From NCBI GenBank assembly GCA_900299215.1, contig OMIY01000451.1:1-49326 (forward strand): a stretch of DNA of 49,326 nt. Reading direction: 5' to 3'. Below, piece by piece: positions 46,148 to 49,326 of the stretch. The translations under genes and the position numbers were made by a program. The notes under the pieces were generated by a model. That model ran no database searches. It saw nothing but the letters and a program-made list of their open reading frames with translations, and was not told the DNA's origin. The stretch comes from a bacterium. GTDB lineage: Bacteria; Bdellovibrionota_B; Oligoflexia; Oligoflexales; CAIYRB01. Within the stretch, counting starts at the first letter, position 1. Each line of letters begins with the position of its first letter.

Positions 46148-46239
46148 GCTAATATTTTAGCTGTCGATTACCACCCTCTTCAACCTGCAACGTTGCTGGG
46201 CAACATTTACCTAAGATGACTGAAAAATCCCTCTAACCC

Positions 46240-46677
46240 CTACGATTGTGCCAGTTTTTCTTTCAAAAGTTGGCTAACTACCTTTCCGTCACCGCCGCTT
46301 CCTAGCTTGGCAAGTACCTCTTTCATCAGAGGGCCAAAGGTCCGATCAGACGTGGACTTCAGAACTTCCTCAATAGCCCTCTTAACCTCGTCAGCGCCTG
46401 CTTTCTTAGGCAGGTACTGGTCAACAATCGCGATTTCACTCTGAATTTGGTTCTTTTTTTCGCCTTCTGGATAATCATCCAAAGACTTGACCAATCGCTT
46501 ATGATAAGTCGCAACAACTTTCTGAACCTCGGCTTCTGGCAGGTCTTGATGGACATTGACAGCTGCTTGGGCATATTTAATTTCGCTTAAAATCATCCGC
46601 AAAACGCTTGTCTTTTCTTTATCCTTCGCCTTCATCGCGTTTTTAAGGTCTTCATTAATTTGGTCTTTAAGTGCCAT
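46240..46677 (-). CDS. yqeY: GatB/YqeY-domain protein
   Basis: MALKDQINEDLKNAMKAKDK..VLRMILSEIK and a C-terminal ...KEVLAKLGSGGDGKVVSQLLKEKL. GAGGGA SD before ATG 46677 (the track's TTG 46701 extension is unlikely). Confidence 0.8.
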   Translation of the reverse strand: MALKDQINEDLKNAMKAKDKEKTSVLRMILSEIKYAQAAVNVHQDLPEAEVQKVVATYHKRLVKSLDDYPEGEKKNQIQSEIAIVDQYLPKKAGADEVKRAIEEVLKSTSDRTFGPLMKEVLAKLGSGGDGKVVSQLLKEKLAQS

Positions 46678-46718
46678 AATTCCCTCGTTTTTTCCGCACA
46701 AATAATCCTGATTTCTGA

Positions 46719-48143
46719 TTACGACAAAGTTTGGACCGTAAAGAGATTACTCGACTCACGGCCCACCGGAGACAAACTAATTGCAACAAATATGACTTGG
46801 TCACCTGGCTTTAGCCAACTTTCACGCACCAACTGGTCATTCACCACTGGTAAGACTTCGTCCAAGTTGGGAGCAACGTCGAGAAGCATGCACTCAACTC
46901 CACGAACCAATGAAAGTCGCTGCATAACAGCTGGAGAGAAGGTCACCGCAATAATCGGCACTGGAGCCCTAAAGCTAGCAAGTTTCCGCGCCGTGTTTCC
47001 TGCCTTGGTGATGGTGACGATAGCTTTTGCTTTGATGCGCTCAGCCGTGCGCAGAGCATGGTAGGCTATGGCATCCATCTCGTTGGCGACTTTGGGAGCC
47101 CGCTTAACCCAGTTCAGTTGTACATTCGTAGCTCGTGCTTCAATGTCAGTAATGATACGCGACATCACCTCTACGGCTTTAGCACCGTAACGACCATTAG
47201 CCACCTCCTCTGAGAGCATGACTGCATCGGTTCCATCGATTACCGCATTGGCAACGTCAGATACTTCCGCACGAGTTGGGGTGACATTGCGGCGCATTGA
47301 GGCAAGCATTTCACTTGCCGTGAGAACGACCTTTGCTTGCTCGTTGCAAAGCTGAATGATCTCTTTTGTAATCATTGGCACGTTGACAGGACTCAAAGCC
47401 AGAGCTAGCTCACGTCGCGAAATCAAAACGCCGTCTACATCCTGAATGACCGAAGAAAGCCGCTCATAAACATCGCCAGAGTCGACTTTTAGGATGATCC
47501 AAGGAGCATGGTCCCCATGGTCCTTACGTAGCCGAGCAGCGAACTCCTTCAAAGTCTCGGAATTCCAGTGTCCCGGCACAATTAAGTAATCCACCCCATC
47601 TTCGATCAGGGGTCTCAGTTCTTCTGGAGTGACCTGCTGGCGCTCCTGAAACCTGTAGGTTTCGGGGACAATGATATCCATTTCGGGATAAATTGTGCCC
47701 CCCTGAGTAACCTCAAGTTCAGCTTTATCGGGTCCAACACTCAAGGTTCGCAAGGCTACGTTGCCGGCCCCAATAAAGACCTTCGCATCTGCTTTGAACA
47801 ACCTCTCCCAGTTGGCTGCCTTAACATTGATGGCCCCTGCAAGGTTATTGGGCGCCAAAACAACCCGCTCGCCAAAACTAACTTCGCGAGGCTGAGCCAA
47901 ACCAGCAACTATCCCCTGGGTCCAACTTGCTACGTCAAGCATGACTGGCAAGCGATTGGTCGATCCCCGAGTTGACTCCATCGTCTTTATAAATTCGCGG
48001 ATAGCCGGAACAGACTTAGATTCATATACCAATCTGATGACGTCAACATCTTGACGACTTACCTGTCCAGCATCAACTGCTGTCAGGGCCTTGCCCTCAA
48101 AGGATTTGACAACTTTAGTGCGACGATTGTCCTGCTTGATCAT
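46719..48143 (-). CDS. Pyruvate-kinase-family protein, divergent in several catalytic/cation motifs
   Basis: Strong match to the PK core EMLASMRRNVTPTRAEVSDVANAVIDGTDAVMLSEEVANGRY and to the C-terminal domain (KAIVTITKAGNTARKLASFRAPVPIIAVT). N-terminal motifs deviate (see findings). Confidence 0.7.
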   Translation of the reverse strand: MIKQDNRRTKVVKSFEGKALTAVDAGQVSRQDVDVIRLVYESKSVPAIREFIKTMESTRGSTNRLPVMLDVASWTQGIVAGLAQPREVSFGERVVLAPNNLAGAINVKAANWERLFKADAKVFIGAGNVALRTLSVGPDKAELEVTQGGTIYPEMDIIVPETYRFQERQQVTPEELRPLIEDGVDYLIVPGHWNSETLKEFAARLRKDHGDHAPWIILKVDSGDVYERLSSVIQDVDGVLISRRELALALSPVNVPMITKEIIQLCNEQAKVVLTASEMLASMRRNVTPTRAEVSDVANAVIDGTDAVMLSEEVANGRYGAKAVEVMSRIITDIEARATNVQLNWVKRAPKVANEMDAIAYHALRTAERIKAKAIVTITKAGNTARKLASFRAPVPIIAVTFSPAVMQRLSLVRGVECMLLDVAPNLDEVLPVVNDQLVRESWLKPGDQVIFVAISLSPVGRESSNLFTVQTLS

Positions 48144-48152
48144 CGAAATGCC

Positions 48153-49037
48153 TCACTCACACAAGGATTGTCCAACAAGCACAGGGCGGTTGTCCTGTGC
48201 CTCAATAAGCCTCAACCCGGTAACCGCTGCACGGTCGAACACAACAACGACGGTGGAACCAAGCATAAAAGTCCCAATTTCATCTCCGATTGAAACCGCC
48301 AGTGGCTGGTCAAATCGACAATCTGACACTCTGGGTCGCAACTGCCTGCTTCCGCTGTTGGTCACTAGGTCTGGAGCCAACGGGGTGACCATTCTACCGA
48401 CATTGAATGCTCCGACCATTACTACAAACGCCCTACCACCACGCTCTAGGTTGAGCTCAAAAACTAGACGCTCGTTACGAGCAAAGAGTCTTGGCACTCG
48501 ACGCACAAACGCATTATTCACCGGCCACAATTCACCCGGCCGATGAGTGATTCGCGTCACTCCGCCAGAAAATGGCGCATGAACTCTATGATAATTGTGT
48601 GGCGCCAAATAAACGGTTTGGTACCAAGCAAGATCTAATGTCTTATCCAATTCCTCGTTTCCGAGAATCAGTTCACGAAGATCGTAATCGAGCCCCTTTA
48701 CCTGTACAGCCCTTCCTTCTTGTGCGGGTGCTGACCACGCAAGATAACCATCGGCCGGCGAGCACACTGGACCGTTAAAGGTTCTTAGACCGCTCTTTAA
48801 CTTGCGCGTGAAAAGGTCCTCTATCGTTGAGTAACTCGTGAGTGGTTCTTCCGCTTCACTCATGTCGATGCCGAATGCCTTCGCAAATCCTTTATTTGCC
48901 AACTTTGCTAAGGGTCGGGGCAACCGCCACCGTGCAAGGCATCCAGTAGTATAGCTTAGGAGATTTTGTGGAATCGGGTTCATTGTTGCGCGGTACCGTG
49001 CTCTATCATCGTGATCAGAAAGAGCTAGTTGTATCAC
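48153..49037 (-). CDS. psd: Phosphatidylserine decarboxylase proenzyme
   Basis: YHRVHAP motif and the self-cleavage site FMLGSTVVVVF (LGST). Size is typical. Confidence 0.88.
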   Translation of the reverse strand: MIQLALSDHDDRARYRATMNPIPQNLLSYTTGCLARWRLPRPLAKLANKGFAKAFGIDMSEAEEPLTSYSTIEDLFTRKLKSGLRTFNGPVCSPADGYLAWSAPAQEGRAVQVKGLDYDLRELILGNEELDKTLDLAWYQTVYLAPHNYHRVHAPFSGGVTRITHRPGELWPVNNAFVRRVPRLFARNERLVFELNLERGGRAFVVMVGAFNVGRMVTPLAPDLVTNSGSRQLRPRVSDCRFDQPLAVSIGDEIGTFMLGSTVVVVFDRAAVTGLRLIEAQDNRPVLVGQSLCE

Positions 49038-49326
49038 TTGGGCTTAGGGCTTGTCTCGCAGTGAAAGACATGAAAGCCACCTATTCACTCACCGCCAAAT
49101 TTCCGGATATCAATTGCCGGCGATAGAAATTAACCAAACTTTTCGAATATTTATGATTAAATTACAGTGGCTTAATGGCAAAAACTGGCCTCTAAATGCG
49201 TAATACGGTAGAGTCCATGATCCAGGGGCTGCGCAAACTGGCATTTCCCCCTTAGGCAAGCAACCTTAAAGTGGGGTTTCAACATGGCAGCTAATACTTC
49301 CAACCAGATCGCACCCAGTCTAAAAC

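Noticed and set aside
46114-46152. 12-codon mini-ORF (MKLKTLRAVSLS) with a GAGGAG SD-like sequence 5 nt upstream
   Set aside because: The same bases form the hairpin that best explains the region as the minus-strand terminator of the yqeY operon. There is no downstream plus-strand gene for a leader peptide to regulate. It could still be checked by Ribo-seq.
49284-49326. Possible start of a plus-strand gene (ATGGCAGCTAATACTTCCAACCAG...) at the right edge
   Set aside because: Only 14 codons are visible, with a weak SD. Too little sequence to call.
1-49326. Searched by eye for CRISPR repeats, IS/transposase or integrase genes, long direct or inverted repeats flanking the tRNAs, TA pairs, retron/DGR-like reverse transcriptases and defence ATPase/nuclease modules
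   Set aside because: None found. Every large ORF is accounted for by housekeeping or envelope functions. The tRNA-Lys/Glu pair has no adjacent integrase or att-like duplication. A computational repeat finder and a defence-system HMM scan would be needed to exclude subtle cases.

Overview
This 49.3 kb window reads as a compact, mostly housekeeping chromosomal region of a Gram-negative (diderm) bacterium. Diderm markers are Pal, LspA, several C-terminal-Phe beta-barrel candidates and an LptM-like lipobox. Any finer taxonomic placement would be a guess. Coding density is very high, with many 4-8 nt start/stop overlaps and almost no intergenic terminators.

Recognisable content:
- two tRNAs (Glu-UUC, Lys-UUU) followed by a strong bidirectional terminator;
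- a long, tightly coupled plus-strand cluster (2229-10726): small ORF, cardiolipin synthase, moaD, moaE, rhodanese, a mobA::moaA fusion, moaC, moaB/mog, moeA, an R3H protein and an SDR;
- scpA-scpB-rluB;
- a fused LuxE/LuxC-like acyl-activating/reductase ORF;
- a SprT-like protein and an M14 peptidase;
- queA;
- lspA, a ClpC-type AAA+ ATPase and an Slt-like lytic transglycosylase;
- ddl;
- ldcA-mpl;
- pal;
- rny-ymdB, then a large OMP, an ArgH-like ORF, dapA and dapB;
- psd, a pyruvate-kinase-like gene and yqeY.

I see no integrase, transposase, CRISPR array, toxin-antitoxin pair, phage genes or defence-hallmark nuclease/ATPase modules. I therefore cannot point to a self-contained accessory island or an obviously new multi-gene system.

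The points most worth a second look are individual unusual architectures:
- a degenerate argininosuccinate-lyase-like ORF ending in an LptM-like lipobox, directly upstream of dapA;
- the LuxE-LuxC fusion;
- the MobA-MoaA fusion inside an unusually composed Moco operon (cls at the head, an R3H/Arg-rich protein coupled to moeA, a stand-alone rhodanese, no moeB);
- a pyruvate-kinase-fold protein whose canonical cation/substrate motifs look substituted;
- a HAMP sensor with a degenerate SpoIIE-like output domain.

All functional calls come from motif recognition by eye in the supplied translations. No database searches were run.
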